A DNA stretch of 62,610 bases from Candidatus Omnitrophota bacterium (GTDB taxonomy: Bacteria; Omnitrophota; Gorgyraeia; Zapsychrales; Fredricksoniimonadaceae). Positions 8,897 to 17,950 of the stretch are shown piece by piece (positions within the stretch are counted from its first letter, which is position 1; each line of letters begins with the position of its first letter). The stretch spans positions 1 to 62,610 of the forward strand of contig JABDCU010000008.1 in the NCBI GenBank assembly GCA_013287965.1, written 5' to 3'. The position numbers and the translations under genes are program-made. The notes under the pieces are model-generated. The model was not told the DNA's origin. It did no database searches and saw only the letters and a list, made by a program, of their open reading frames with translations.

Positions 8897-11146
8897 ATGG
8901 GACAAACAAAGAATATTTTAACATTGGTGCTGATCGCTTTTGCCCTGAGCATACAGGCATGGCTGATATCTATTTTTGCCTTGCAGTATCTTCCTTTAAA
9001 AGACACGCTTTCCCAGACTGTTTTTCCGGAATGGCGGTACTTTGTCAGGCCCGAGCGGGATGCCCTGCATTTTCATATTTTTGTTTTTGTCGCCTTGGGC
9101 TTGACAGCCATGGTCCTTTGGAAGATGCGCTTGAAACTGGCAGATGCTTTGTTAATGCAAAAAGCACGCGTGTTTTTAGTATTGGAGATGATCTGGACAT
9201 TTTTGCTTTTAAGCGCGGCTTTTAAAATGATCGTTTACGCCCAGCGTCCGCAATTAGCGGCCCGTGTTTTTTGGGTCATTGCCGCAGTAAGTGTCGCCGG
9301 TAAAATATTCATTAAACCTTTGAGCGTGTTTTTACACAGGGCTTACCAATACCTGCACAGCCCATCAAGCCGCCTGGCGTATTTAGCTGAAATATCTTTC
9401 CCTGTTCTTTTGGTTTTGGTCCTTTATGTCCCCGATGCCAGGGGAGTGATGGCCCGTGATTTTTTGGGGGAACAATATCATCATTGGGACAGCGCGGTGA
9501 TGGCACCAGGCTGGGCGTATTTGAGCGGTTCTGTGTTAAACGTGGATGTCATTTCCCAATACGGTTTAGGCCTGCCTATCTTTGTGGCCCAGTTGACAAA
9601 ACTTTTGGGAGGATTTACTTACGCAAATGTGCTTCGGGTCATTATGGGTGTGAACATTATTTATTATTTGGGATGGTATTTGCTTTTGCGTTCCTGGCTT
9701 AAAAATACGCTGATCGTCATCGCCGGCATGCTCTTCGCGGTCAAGATCCAGATGTTCCATAGCGGGGTCTACCCGATAGTTTTTACCTATCCCAGCGAGA
9801 CCATTTTAAGGTATATGTTTGATGTGGCCGTATTCGCCTTGATGCTGGGGCATTTAAGAACGGGCAAGTATTTTTATTTATGGGGCGGCTCCATTATTTG
9901 CGGCATTGCTGTTTTTTACATGACCACCACCGGCCTATGCCTGGCATTGACTTGGGGTGTTTATTTGGGAAGTTTGGCTGTTTTTCCTGGTCTGCGGTCC
10001 CGATTTTTGCCTGATCGCCGTAGTTGGCTGGCTTTGTCAGCCTGCCTGCCTGCTGTCGCGGCTGCCATTTTTGCCTGCCTTTGGTTTGCCGAAGGACAGC
10101 ATATGTTCACTGCTGAATTTTGGCGCAATACCGAGGAATTCAATAATTATTTCCTGAATTATTTCGGTACTGTTCCCATGGACCAAAATATCACTGACCA
10201 TAATTATTTATTTTTTTGGATGGGTTTGTGGATGCCTCTTGTCTACTTGGGGACTTTTCTTATGGTGATGAGTCTTTATTTTTGGCGCAAACTGTCAGTA
10301 GAGCACCTGTTGGCGGCTTTTATTGCTTTTTATGGGATGACCCTTTATCATTATTTCGTTGCCCGTTCCTTATCAACCGGCTTTTATAATGAAGGCTTGC
10401 CGTACGCCTTTATATTATGCTTTTGGCTGGCCTTGGGGCTCGAAAAAGCAGCCAAGCGCACCCGTCGTAATATTACTTTGGCCTGTATCGTCATCAGTGC
10501 GTACGCGCTTTTGACCAATTATAATTATATTGCTTATCCGAATATATTTAATTTATCCCGTCACCCTTTGACAGACCCGCTGGTCTTGAGCCCTTTGCCG
10601 GATGGCAGGTCGTATTTCAATCATCTCTACAGCCAATTGCCGATGGATAGCCGGCTGCCCAGCAACTCTTTGGGAGAAACAGATGAGAAATTGCGCAGTG
10701 AGAAGGATTTTTCCAGCGACGATGAAATGAACAAGTATTACAACCAGGAATTTGATTTTAGCGAAGATGCCGGCCTTATTGATGCGCTTGTGCCACCGCA
10801 AGGCAAGGCAGCGGTGGTCAGCAGTTTTGAGACCAAGATCTTGATGGATGCCAAACGCCCGCCATTCTTTTATTATGTACCCTTGATCATTTCAAGGCCC
10901 ATGCATATGCGTACCATGGTGGTGACAGCGTTATATACGCAGGACCATTTGCTCAGGACCATTGCCCAGATCAAGGCCCAAGCGCCGGAATATATTTTTA
11001 TTGAGAGGATATTCCGTCGAGAAAGCATTGACCTGGTCACTTATAAGGACGGGTCGGCTTTTTTGGCCTTGATGCATTATATCAACGCGCATTATGAGAA
11101 TTTCCGGGAAGGGCTTTTCTTAATGGCTTTAAAACGTAAGGTTTAA
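8897..11146 (+). CDS. Array paralogue 4 of 7 (long-linker subtype; closest by eye to paralogue 3)
   Basis: Motifs FPEWRYFVRPERD, YVPDARGVMARDFLGEQYHHWD, KIQMFHSG, AYPNIFNLSRHPLTD, LPSNSLGETDE, VVSSFETKILMDAKRPPFFYYVP, GLFLMALKRK. Confidence 0.9.
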   Translation: MGQTKNILTLVLIAFALSIQAWLISIFALQYLPLKDTLSQTVFPEWRYFVRPERDALHFHIFVFVALGLTAMVLWKMRLKLADALLMQKARVFLVLEMIWTFLLLSAAFKMIVYAQRPQLAARVFWVIAAVSVAGKIFIKPLSVFLHRAYQYLHSPSSRLAYLAEISFPVLLVLVLYVPDARGVMARDFLGEQYHHWDSAVMAPGWAYLSGSVLNVDVISQYGLGLPIFVAQLTKLLGGFTYANVLRVIMGVNIIYYLGWYLLLRSWLKNTLIVIAGMLFAVKIQMFHSGVYPIVFTYPSETILRYMFDVAVFALMLGHLRTGKYFYLWGGSIICGIAVFYMTTTGLCLALTWGVYLGSLAVFPGLRSRFLPDRRSWLALSACLPAVAAAIFACLWFAEGQHMFTAEFWRNTEEFNNYFLNYFGTVPMDQNITDHNYLFFWMGLWMPLVYLGTFLMVMSLYFWRKLSVEHLLAAFIAFYGMTLYHYFVARSLSTGFYNEGLPYAFILCFWLALGLEKAAKRTRRNITLACIVISAYALLTNYNYIAYPNIFNLSRHPLTDPLVLSPLPDGRSYFNHLYSQLPMDSRLPSNSLGETDEKLRSEKDFSSDDEMNKYYNQEFDFSEDAGLIDALVPPQGKAAVVSSFETKILMDAKRPPFFYYVPLIISRPMHMRTMVVTALYTQDHLLRTIAQIKAQAPEYIFIERIFRRESIDLVTYKDGSAFLALMHYINAHYENFREGLFLMALKRKV

Positions 11147-11149
11147 TTG

Positions 11150-13741
11150 ATGAAGAAATTATTCCAATCAAACATTATCACCGCGCTTGTCTTGTTCGCG
11201 GCCGCGGTCTTGGTCAGCATAGCCGTCTACCCTGAGGTTTTTATCAGCTCCAAGATGAGTGTCGTGATCTGGTCTGATTATTGTGTCGAATACGCGCCAA
11301 CCTTTATTTTAACCACCTTCCTATACCAGGGCGGGCTTCAGCTGTGGGATTTTTTCGCGCAGATGCCGTATTTTCACACCTACGCCGTGCTGGGATTATT
11401 TAAATTCCCCAACGTGGTGACGGCTATTTCATATTATCTGCTGGCGCCTTTCACAGAAGATTCCAGCCATCTTTTCCACCAGGTTTTTATCTGGGGCTAT
11501 TTGATGACACTTTTATTCTTAAGGGTCACAGGGATATTCCTGTTGTTAAAAACAGTGACGAAAAACCGCCCCTTTTTAAGTGCCGGCACCGTGCTCTTTG
11601 CCGTATTCTTTAGTCAAATGGCGTTCTTAAGGGGAACGCCCTATATGAGTTATTTTCCTTTAGGCATGTATTTTGTCGTGCGCCTGTTTCAAGACCTGCA
11701 GCTGCGTTTTCTGGTCGCCCTATTTTTCTTTTTTATGATCGTGCTCAGCACAGAATTGCTTCACGGCGCGTATTTATATTTGCCCATGCATTTTTTTATC
11801 ATCGCGGGCATTTTATGGCGGGTTTTCTTTAAGCCCGCCGTGGACAGGCCTTTTTGGACTTATTGGCGATGGAAGGACATGGCATGGGCCATCCTGGCAG
11901 CGGCCCTGATGATGGCGCCGTATTTGTTCATCATGAAATTTTCGTTGAATGATCTTGCCTTTGGCCAGGACAATAGCCGCATCGCGCATCCTTTCAGCCC
12001 GCAATGGTATTTTCAAAATCCCCAATTAGATCTAGGCAGCCCCGGTACTTTTTTCGGGGCGCTCTTGAATATACAAAAGGTGGATGCCTTGTTTTATGTA
12101 GGCCTGTCCTTTCTTTTTTTGGCGCTGGCCGGGTTTATTTTAAACCGCCATAAATTAAAGTGGTTTTTTGCCTTAGGGGTGTTCTTTTTATGGCTTTTAA
12201 GTTTTCCCCGTGAAGGGATCCATCTCGGCCTTATCGCGCACTGGGTCAATGTTTTGACAAACCCCCTAAAAGCCTTACCCCGTTCCTACCGGTTTACCTG
12301 TGAAGGGATGCTTCCCTATTTATTGATGCCGTTGGCTGTGATGGGCATAGAGGCCATGGTGGAGCTCTTTAAAGGAAAAAAATATCCTGCCGCGGCCTTG
12401 GGTTCTTTGGCCGGGATGACGTTTTTACTTGTATTGAACGGTATTTTTATAGTACCTCCTGAGGTTTCTGCTTACCTGATCGCGTGCGGCTTATTGCTGA
12501 TAGGGGGGATTGCCCGGGTCCATTTTAGGAATTCCCCGCGGGCGAGGAGTTTTCTCGTTGGGACCATCTGTTTTTTGGCAGTCATTGATATTTGCTTTAT
12601 TATTTATCAGTCAAAACACACCTTTGAGCGTTTCTGTTACCGTAAGCCCACTATTTTGGATGCTGCCCCGCAGGCGGGTGTCGTGGAGTATGATTATGAA
12701 AACCCGTCTATTTTTCCTTACAGGAATTCGTACACCTTCCATTTTTCTTATAATGACGAACTCGATATATGGTTCCCTCACGGCCTGTCGTCGGACCTGC
12801 ACCATGTCATCAACCAGGCGTTGAATTTTACTTTTCTCAACGGCTATAATCCCAGGCACAAGGAGTTTGCGAAATGGCTGAATGACCCGCAAATGCTGAC
12901 CTATTTAACGCAGAACAATGAATTCATTTTCCTGGCCCAGTCAGCGATCAAGGCCTCACCCGGGGCCTTAGGCCGGATCTGTTCAGCCGGGCTCGCCCGT
13001 CAGGTGGTGACAGTAGAAGATCCCAAGGGGAACTTGAATTTAGCGGACCAATGGCCGGGCAGCATCACGCCCAAACCCCAGGAAGATCTGCAGTACAGTC
13101 AAGTGGCAGGGACAATAGATGATAATACCCAACCCAACCAGTATCTTCAGACGGGGGGCATGATCATCTATACCCTGTATTTACCTTCTGATTTTCCCGG
13201 TCATTTGGCATCATCATGGTTTCCCGCCGAACAGAGGTATTTACGGTTCTTTGTCGAGGGAGAAGGAGGGCAATGGCGGGAACTCCAGGCAGCCCAAGGC
13301 GAATTGATCAGGCCATATACCTTTGATGTGCAGAATATCAAGCAAGGTGAATTGAAGGCAGCTTTTTCCAAGAATGATTTTCCCATGCACCACAAATGCG
13401 TTTTATTTTATCCTTCCAGTGAGAACCAGGGTGTTGAAAAAGTGTGGCGCAAGCAATTTGATAACTTAGGGACCATCTACAGGGCCAAGAGGGATGGCTG
13501 GTGGGTCGGCCATTATCCGTATGATCCTAAATGGAGGATATCTGTTGACGGCAAACCAGTGCCTTATTACCGGGTGGATAAAAGTTTTATCGGTTTTCCG
13601 CTGGGTCGCGGAGAGCATAAAATATTGGTCCAGTATTGGCCGCATTCGCCGTTGAGGATATTTCTTTTTATTTCCGCCCTGTTAACGACCTTGGGACTTC
13701 CCCTCTTGATTTTTTTAGCGTTGAAATGGGAGAATAAATGA
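11150..13741 (+). CDS. YfhO-like large membrane protein (GT-C-type candidate) interrupting the paralogue array
   Basis: Many TM helices. C-terminus ..ISVDGKPVPYYRVDKSFIGFPLGRGEHKILVQYWPHSP.. plus a final TM matches my memory of the YfhO family C-terminal pattern. It shares none of the array motifs. ATG at 11150; the track starts at TTG 11147. Confidence 0.55.
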   Translation: MKKLFQSNIITALVLFAAAVLVSIAVYPEVFISSKMSVVIWSDYCVEYAPTFILTTFLYQGGLQLWDFFAQMPYFHTYAVLGLFKFPNVVTAISYYLLAPFTEDSSHLFHQVFIWGYLMTLLFLRVTGIFLLLKTVTKNRPFLSAGTVLFAVFFSQMAFLRGTPYMSYFPLGMYFVVRLFQDLQLRFLVALFFFFMIVLSTELLHGAYLYLPMHFFIIAGILWRVFFKPAVDRPFWTYWRWKDMAWAILAAALMMAPYLFIMKFSLNDLAFGQDNSRIAHPFSPQWYFQNPQLDLGSPGTFFGALLNIQKVDALFYVGLSFLFLALAGFILNRHKLKWFFALGVFFLWLLSFPREGIHLGLIAHWVNVLTNPLKALPRSYRFTCEGMLPYLLMPLAVMGIEAMVELFKGKKYPAAALGSLAGMTFLLVLNGIFIVPPEVSAYLIACGLLLIGGIARVHFRNSPRARSFLVGTICFLAVIDICFIIYQSKHTFERFCYRKPTILDAAPQAGVVEYDYENPSIFPYRNSYTFHFSYNDELDIWFPHGLSSDLHHVINQALNFTFLNGYNPRHKEFAKWLNDPQMLTYLTQNNEFIFLAQSAIKASPGALGRICSAGLARQVVTVEDPKGNLNLADQWPGSITPKPQEDLQYSQVAGTIDDNTQPNQYLQTGGMIIYTLYLPSDFPGHLASSWFPAEQRYLRFFVEGEGGQWRELQAAQGELIRPYTFDVQNIKQGELKAAFSKNDFPMHHKCVLFYPSSENQGVEKVWRKQFDNLGTIYRAKRDGWWVGHYPYDPKWRISVDGKPVPYYRVDKSFIGFPLGRGEHKILVQYWPHSPLRIFLFISALLTTLGLPLLIFLALKWENK

Positions 13742-15744
13742 AGCGCAATATCCTCTATTTATCCGCGCTTGTTTTCGTCTTATCTTTGCAAGTACTGATC
13801 ATCCTGGCTTTTATTTACCAGTTCATCCCTTTGAAGGCGGCCGCGATCACCGAAGATGTTCCTGCGTCACTGCTCAAGGTGTTCCAGCCTAACCGCAATT
13901 ATTTTTTCTATCATGCCTTTATTGCCGCGGCGATCATAGGGGAAATGCTGGCCCTTTATCTATACCGTAAACGTTTGGAGCATGCCGACGTGGCAGGGGA
14001 GGTCCGGGACTTTTTGCTCTGCGAGACGGTATGGGTGTCGTGGCAGCTTTTCGCGGTGTTCAAGGTCCTGCAATACAATAATCCCGGGTGGGCAGAAGTT
14101 TTATTATATGCCGGTTTTGCCGCCGCCTTGCTGGCAAAGATCTTTTGGCCGGAATTAAAGCGCGGCCTTGCTTTTTTAAAGGATTACCTTCGGCGGGAAA
14201 TACCGGTGTCATGGCGTAAATTTGCGGACGCGGGTATTATTTTTATCCTGTTGGCGGTGATCGCGGTCCCTAATGGCGAAAAAGCGTTGCTGCGCATGGC
14301 CCTTGCCGACGGTAATGATCATTTTGACCAATGGCTGATGGCGCCGTTGTGGGCCTACCATAAAGGGCTGATACCTGCCTTGCAGTTTTTTAATCCGTTA
14401 AATTGGGGAGTGCCGGTCTTGGTCCACGCGCTGGTGAGTTTGATGGGTAGCGTGACGTGTGCGCATGTGATCGCAGTCCTTTGTTTATTGGCCATCGTGT
14501 ATTATGCGGTTTTTTATTATTTGTTGCGTTCCTGGTTAGGGACCTTGACAGCCATTTTTGGCGTGCTGTTGGCGGTAAAGCTGCAGATGTTTAACATAGG
14601 CGTTAACCCGTTGATCTGGGCTTTCCCGGCGCAGAGCATGCTGCGGCATTTATTCGACGTGGCGGTATTTTTCTGCCTTTTGTTTTATGCCCAAGGGCGA
14701 GGGGAGCTGTTCCTTTGGCTGGCCGCGGCAGCGGTGGGGATATCTTTGAGTTTTGTTTTTGATACCGGCGTGTATTTGCTGGTGGCTTTGTACGCGTATG
14801 TGGCCGCGCTTATGTCGTTCAAAGATACCCGTTGTTCATTGTGCCCAACCCCAAGGCAGTGGCGTAAGGTTTTAGGATTGGCTTTTCTGCCGTGGTTGGT
14901 GATGATCGCCGCGTTATTCTTTTGCATTGGCCCTGCTGTCCTGCATAGGGCATTTTGGATGGAGAGCTTCAAAGATGTTCCCCGTTGGCTCGCCGGTGCT
15001 GATTCCATATCGGTGTATTCTTGCTTAAGGGACAGGAATTTTTTTGCGTTCTTTGCTTCATTTTTTCCGCCTTTGCTCTACGCGGCAGGCATGGCAGCAA
15101 CGGTCAGCATGGTCTATTTTCGTTCCTGGAAAAGTGAAAAGTTATTCTTGGTCCCTTTAAGTGTTTATGGCTTAGGAGTCTATGCCCATTTTTTATGGCA
15201 TGCCAGCATCAACTACTATTACATGGCGCCTTTACCTTTGGTTGGCTGTGTCTGTTTTTGGATGACCCAGTACCTCGACGGGTTTAAAAATGCCCAACGG
15301 CGTTTAGTTAAATTGATCTTGGCCCTGCTTACCTTGATCGGCTTATTCACCAATGTCATTTTTACTTACTATCCGAATGTTTTTAACATGGCCGGGCAAG
15401 TATGGGACCGGCAAATGGCGTATTACCAGGCCAATTTTAATTTTAAGAATGATGCTGATCTCATCCGCCAAGCGACATCGCCTGATGAGCGGGTGGCCTT
15501 GATCAGCGGTTTTGAAATACAAGTATTGCTGCAAGCTGACCGGGCACCTCTCTTTAATAATAGCCTGGCGCTGATGGACCAATTGGATAAGGCCAAGCCG
15601 CGGCAGGTGTTTGTTAATAAAAGCATATTGAACATGGCCAATAACCCAGCAATTAGCGCATTGACCGATTACTTAAAAGCGCATTATCAATACACAGGCA
15701 AACAAAGCGATAACCTGGCCTTATTAGAGAAGACCCATGAGTAG
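13738..15744 (+). CDS. Array paralogue 5 of 7 (short-linker subtype, most divergent)
   Basis: ATGA overlap with the YfhO-like stop. Motifs KIFWPELK, LRMALADGNDHFDQW, KLQMFNIG, YYPNVFNMAG, LISGFEIQVLLQADRAPLFNN. Lacks the terminal KRK. Confidence 0.9.
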   Translation: MKRNILYLSALVFVLSLQVLIILAFIYQFIPLKAAAITEDVPASLLKVFQPNRNYFFYHAFIAAAIIGEMLALYLYRKRLEHADVAGEVRDFLLCETVWVSWQLFAVFKVLQYNNPGWAEVLLYAGFAAALLAKIFWPELKRGLAFLKDYLRREIPVSWRKFADAGIIFILLAVIAVPNGEKALLRMALADGNDHFDQWLMAPLWAYHKGLIPALQFFNPLNWGVPVLVHALVSLMGSVTCAHVIAVLCLLAIVYYAVFYYLLRSWLGTLTAIFGVLLAVKLQMFNIGVNPLIWAFPAQSMLRHLFDVAVFFCLLFYAQGRGELFLWLAAAAVGISLSFVFDTGVYLLVALYAYVAALMSFKDTRCSLCPTPRQWRKVLGLAFLPWLVMIAALFFCIGPAVLHRAFWMESFKDVPRWLAGADSISVYSCLRDRNFFAFFASFFPPLLYAAGMAATVSMVYFRSWKSEKLFLVPLSVYGLGVYAHFLWHASINYYYMAPLPLVGCVCFWMTQYLDGFKNAQRRLVKLILALLTLIGLFTNVIFTYYPNVFNMAGQVWDRQMAYYQANFNFKNDADLIRQATSPDERVALISGFEIQVLLQADRAPLFNNSLALMDQLDKAKPRQVFVNKSILNMANNPAISALTDYLKAHYQYTGKQSDNLALLEKTHE

Positions 15745-17950
15745 TTTAAAAGACCTTAAAAACTGGGGGCTATTTTCCCTGACAGCCCTGCTCTTGAGCA
15801 TCCAGGCCTTGCTGCTGATGATGAAAGCTGTTAATTTTTTTGAACAGCTGCCTCAATTCGTCATTTTAGGCATTGGGCTGGTGCTTTTTATCATCGGACA
15901 AATAGCAGCAGTGATAATTTATAAGCATAGGGCCCAAACAGGGGAGAAGGAAAATGGTCTGCGGGCATTTTTGATCGTGGAAGCCGTGTTGACTTTTTTC
16001 CTGTTGAGCGCCCTGGTCAAAACCATTTTTTATGATTACAAGGGGGAAATGGCCCAGCGCGCGTACAATATTCTTTTGATATTGGCTGTTTTAAATAAAT
16101 GGTTCTGGCCTCAAGTCAGGGAAACAGGACGCCGGGCCTGGGTGCTGATCAACGCAAGGGCCAATGAAAAAATATTGAGGTCATGGACCATCGTCATTGG
16201 GACGGTTTTATTGCCGCTTATTATTTTTGTGCCGCATTTTGAGCGGGTCCTGGCGCGCATGTATATCGGCGAGCAATTCCATCATTATGATATTTTTGTG
16301 ATGTCTTCCGGGTGGGCCGCGTATAACCATCACCTCATTGATGTGGACCAGACTTCTCAATATGGCGTAGGGATGCCGTATATTTTTGCCGAGTTATGCC
16401 GCTGGATGGGCGGGTTTTCATATAGCCATGTTTTTCTCATCATCATGACCGGCACCATGATCTATTACGTGCTGTTCTTCTGGCTTTCTTTGCGCTGGTT
16501 TAAAAGTGCGGCCTTCACTTTGGCGCTTATGCTTTGGGCCATACGCGTGCAGATGTTCCATCCGGGGGATTATCCGTTTGTGTTGACCTATCCAAGCACC
16601 ACGGTAATACGGTATTTCTTTGATATTTTTTTCTTTGCGGCCATTTTCTGCCATTTGCGGCGTGGGCGTCCGGCCTGGCTGTTGGCCGCTGCTGTTGTGA
16701 GCGGCATTTCGGTGTTTTATATGGATTGCACCGGGGTCTTCTTAGTTACCGCGTATTACGCTTATTTGACATGCCTGTTGAGCATGCCGTATACCCGCTC
16801 CATGCTTTATAGGACCCAGAGGGATTTGGCGCCTTTAGGAGGGTATTTTCTTTTGCCCGTGGCGGTGATATTTGTGTTTTTTTACAAAACAGTGGGCCAT
16901 CATATGTTCACGGCGCAATTCTTTCAAAACATGACCAGCATCGAAGAATATTATTTAAGCGGCATCTGGACGTATCCTATCTATAACAATTTTATATACC
17001 ATAATTTTTGGGCAGGGCTGGTGGGCTTTATCATCCCGGCGGTGTGGGTGTTTACCATGATCTTTGCGGGAGGGATGTGTTATTTTAAGAAATTTTCCAG
17101 GCAAAATATCCTCATCATCGTGGTCTGTGTTTACGGCCTGGGGGTCAACCATTATTATGTCGTGCGCGCCCTGCTGACCTGTTATTATGTGACAGCCCTG
17201 CCTTTTATTTTTGTCTGCGGCTGGTGGCTGAAGCTTTTGTTGTGGAGCTGGCCGCGCAGGGTTCGGACCAACGCTATCATGGCCTCGCTGTTCATCTCTG
17301 CTTGGGCGCTTGTCACCAACCATAATTTTATGGCCTATCCTAATATTTTTAATTTTTCGCGCAATCCCATGGTTGACATGCTGACAGCCCAGCCCTTGCC
17401 TGCGGATCTGTCGACGTATTTTAACCATCTTTACCGCAATGACCCCGCGGCATTGAAACTTCCCGCCAATTCCTTAGGGCAGACAGATGAGGAGCTTTTG
17501 ACGGAAAAAGATTTCAAGTCGGATGATGAGCTGACGGCGTATTACCGGCGGGAATATGATTTCACCAAGGATGCCGGTCTGATAAAATCGCTGACATTGC
17601 CTGGAAGCCCGGTTGCCGTGATCAGCGCTTTTGAAACCAAGATCCTGATGCAGGCAGACCGTCCGCCTCTTTTTTATTATTTCCCGTTGCTCAGCTCCAG
17701 ACCTAAGCATATGCGGACCATGCCGCTTAATTTTTTGCATACGAGCCCCGGACGCTTTAACCGCAAGGCCATCCAAGAATTGGAAGAGGCCCGTCCGGAA
17801 TATGTTTTCTTGGAGAGGATTTTCCTTTATGATTATCCTAAAGCATACGCGGACAAACCGGAAAACATCATCCCCATTGTTGATTATGTGCGCCTGCATT
17901 ATGCGCCTTATAAGGCAGGGGAATATTTAATGGCTATGAAACGCAAATGA
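15737..17950 (+). CDS. Array paralogue 6 of 7 (long-linker subtype)
   Basis: 8-nt overlap with paralogue 5. Motifs KWFWPQV, FVPHFERVLARMYIGEQFHHYD, RVQMFHPG, AYPNIFNFSRNPMVD, LPANSLGQTDE, VISAFETKILMQADRPPLFYYFP, GEYLMAMKRK. Confidence 0.9.
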   Translation: MSSLKDLKNWGLFSLTALLLSIQALLLMMKAVNFFEQLPQFVILGIGLVLFIIGQIAAVIIYKHRAQTGEKENGLRAFLIVEAVLTFFLLSALVKTIFYDYKGEMAQRAYNILLILAVLNKWFWPQVRETGRRAWVLINARANEKILRSWTIVIGTVLLPLIIFVPHFERVLARMYIGEQFHHYDIFVMSSGWAAYNHHLIDVDQTSQYGVGMPYIFAELCRWMGGFSYSHVFLIIMTGTMIYYVLFFWLSLRWFKSAAFTLALMLWAIRVQMFHPGDYPFVLTYPSTTVIRYFFDIFFFAAIFCHLRRGRPAWLLAAAVVSGISVFYMDCTGVFLVTAYYAYLTCLLSMPYTRSMLYRTQRDLAPLGGYFLLPVAVIFVFFYKTVGHHMFTAQFFQNMTSIEEYYLSGIWTYPIYNNFIYHNFWAGLVGFIIPAVWVFTMIFAGGMCYFKKFSRQNILIIVVCVYGLGVNHYYVVRALLTCYYVTALPFIFVCGWWLKLLLWSWPRRVRTNAIMASLFISAWALVTNHNFMAYPNIFNFSRNPMVDMLTAQPLPADLSTYFNHLYRNDPAALKLPANSLGQTDEELLTEKDFKSDDELTAYYRREYDFTKDAGLIKSLTLPGSPVAVISAFETKILMQADRPPLFYYFPLLSSRPKHMRTMPLNFLHTSPGRFNRKAIQELEEARPEYVFLERIFLYDYPKAYADKPENIIPIVDYVRLHYAPYKAGEYLMAMKRK

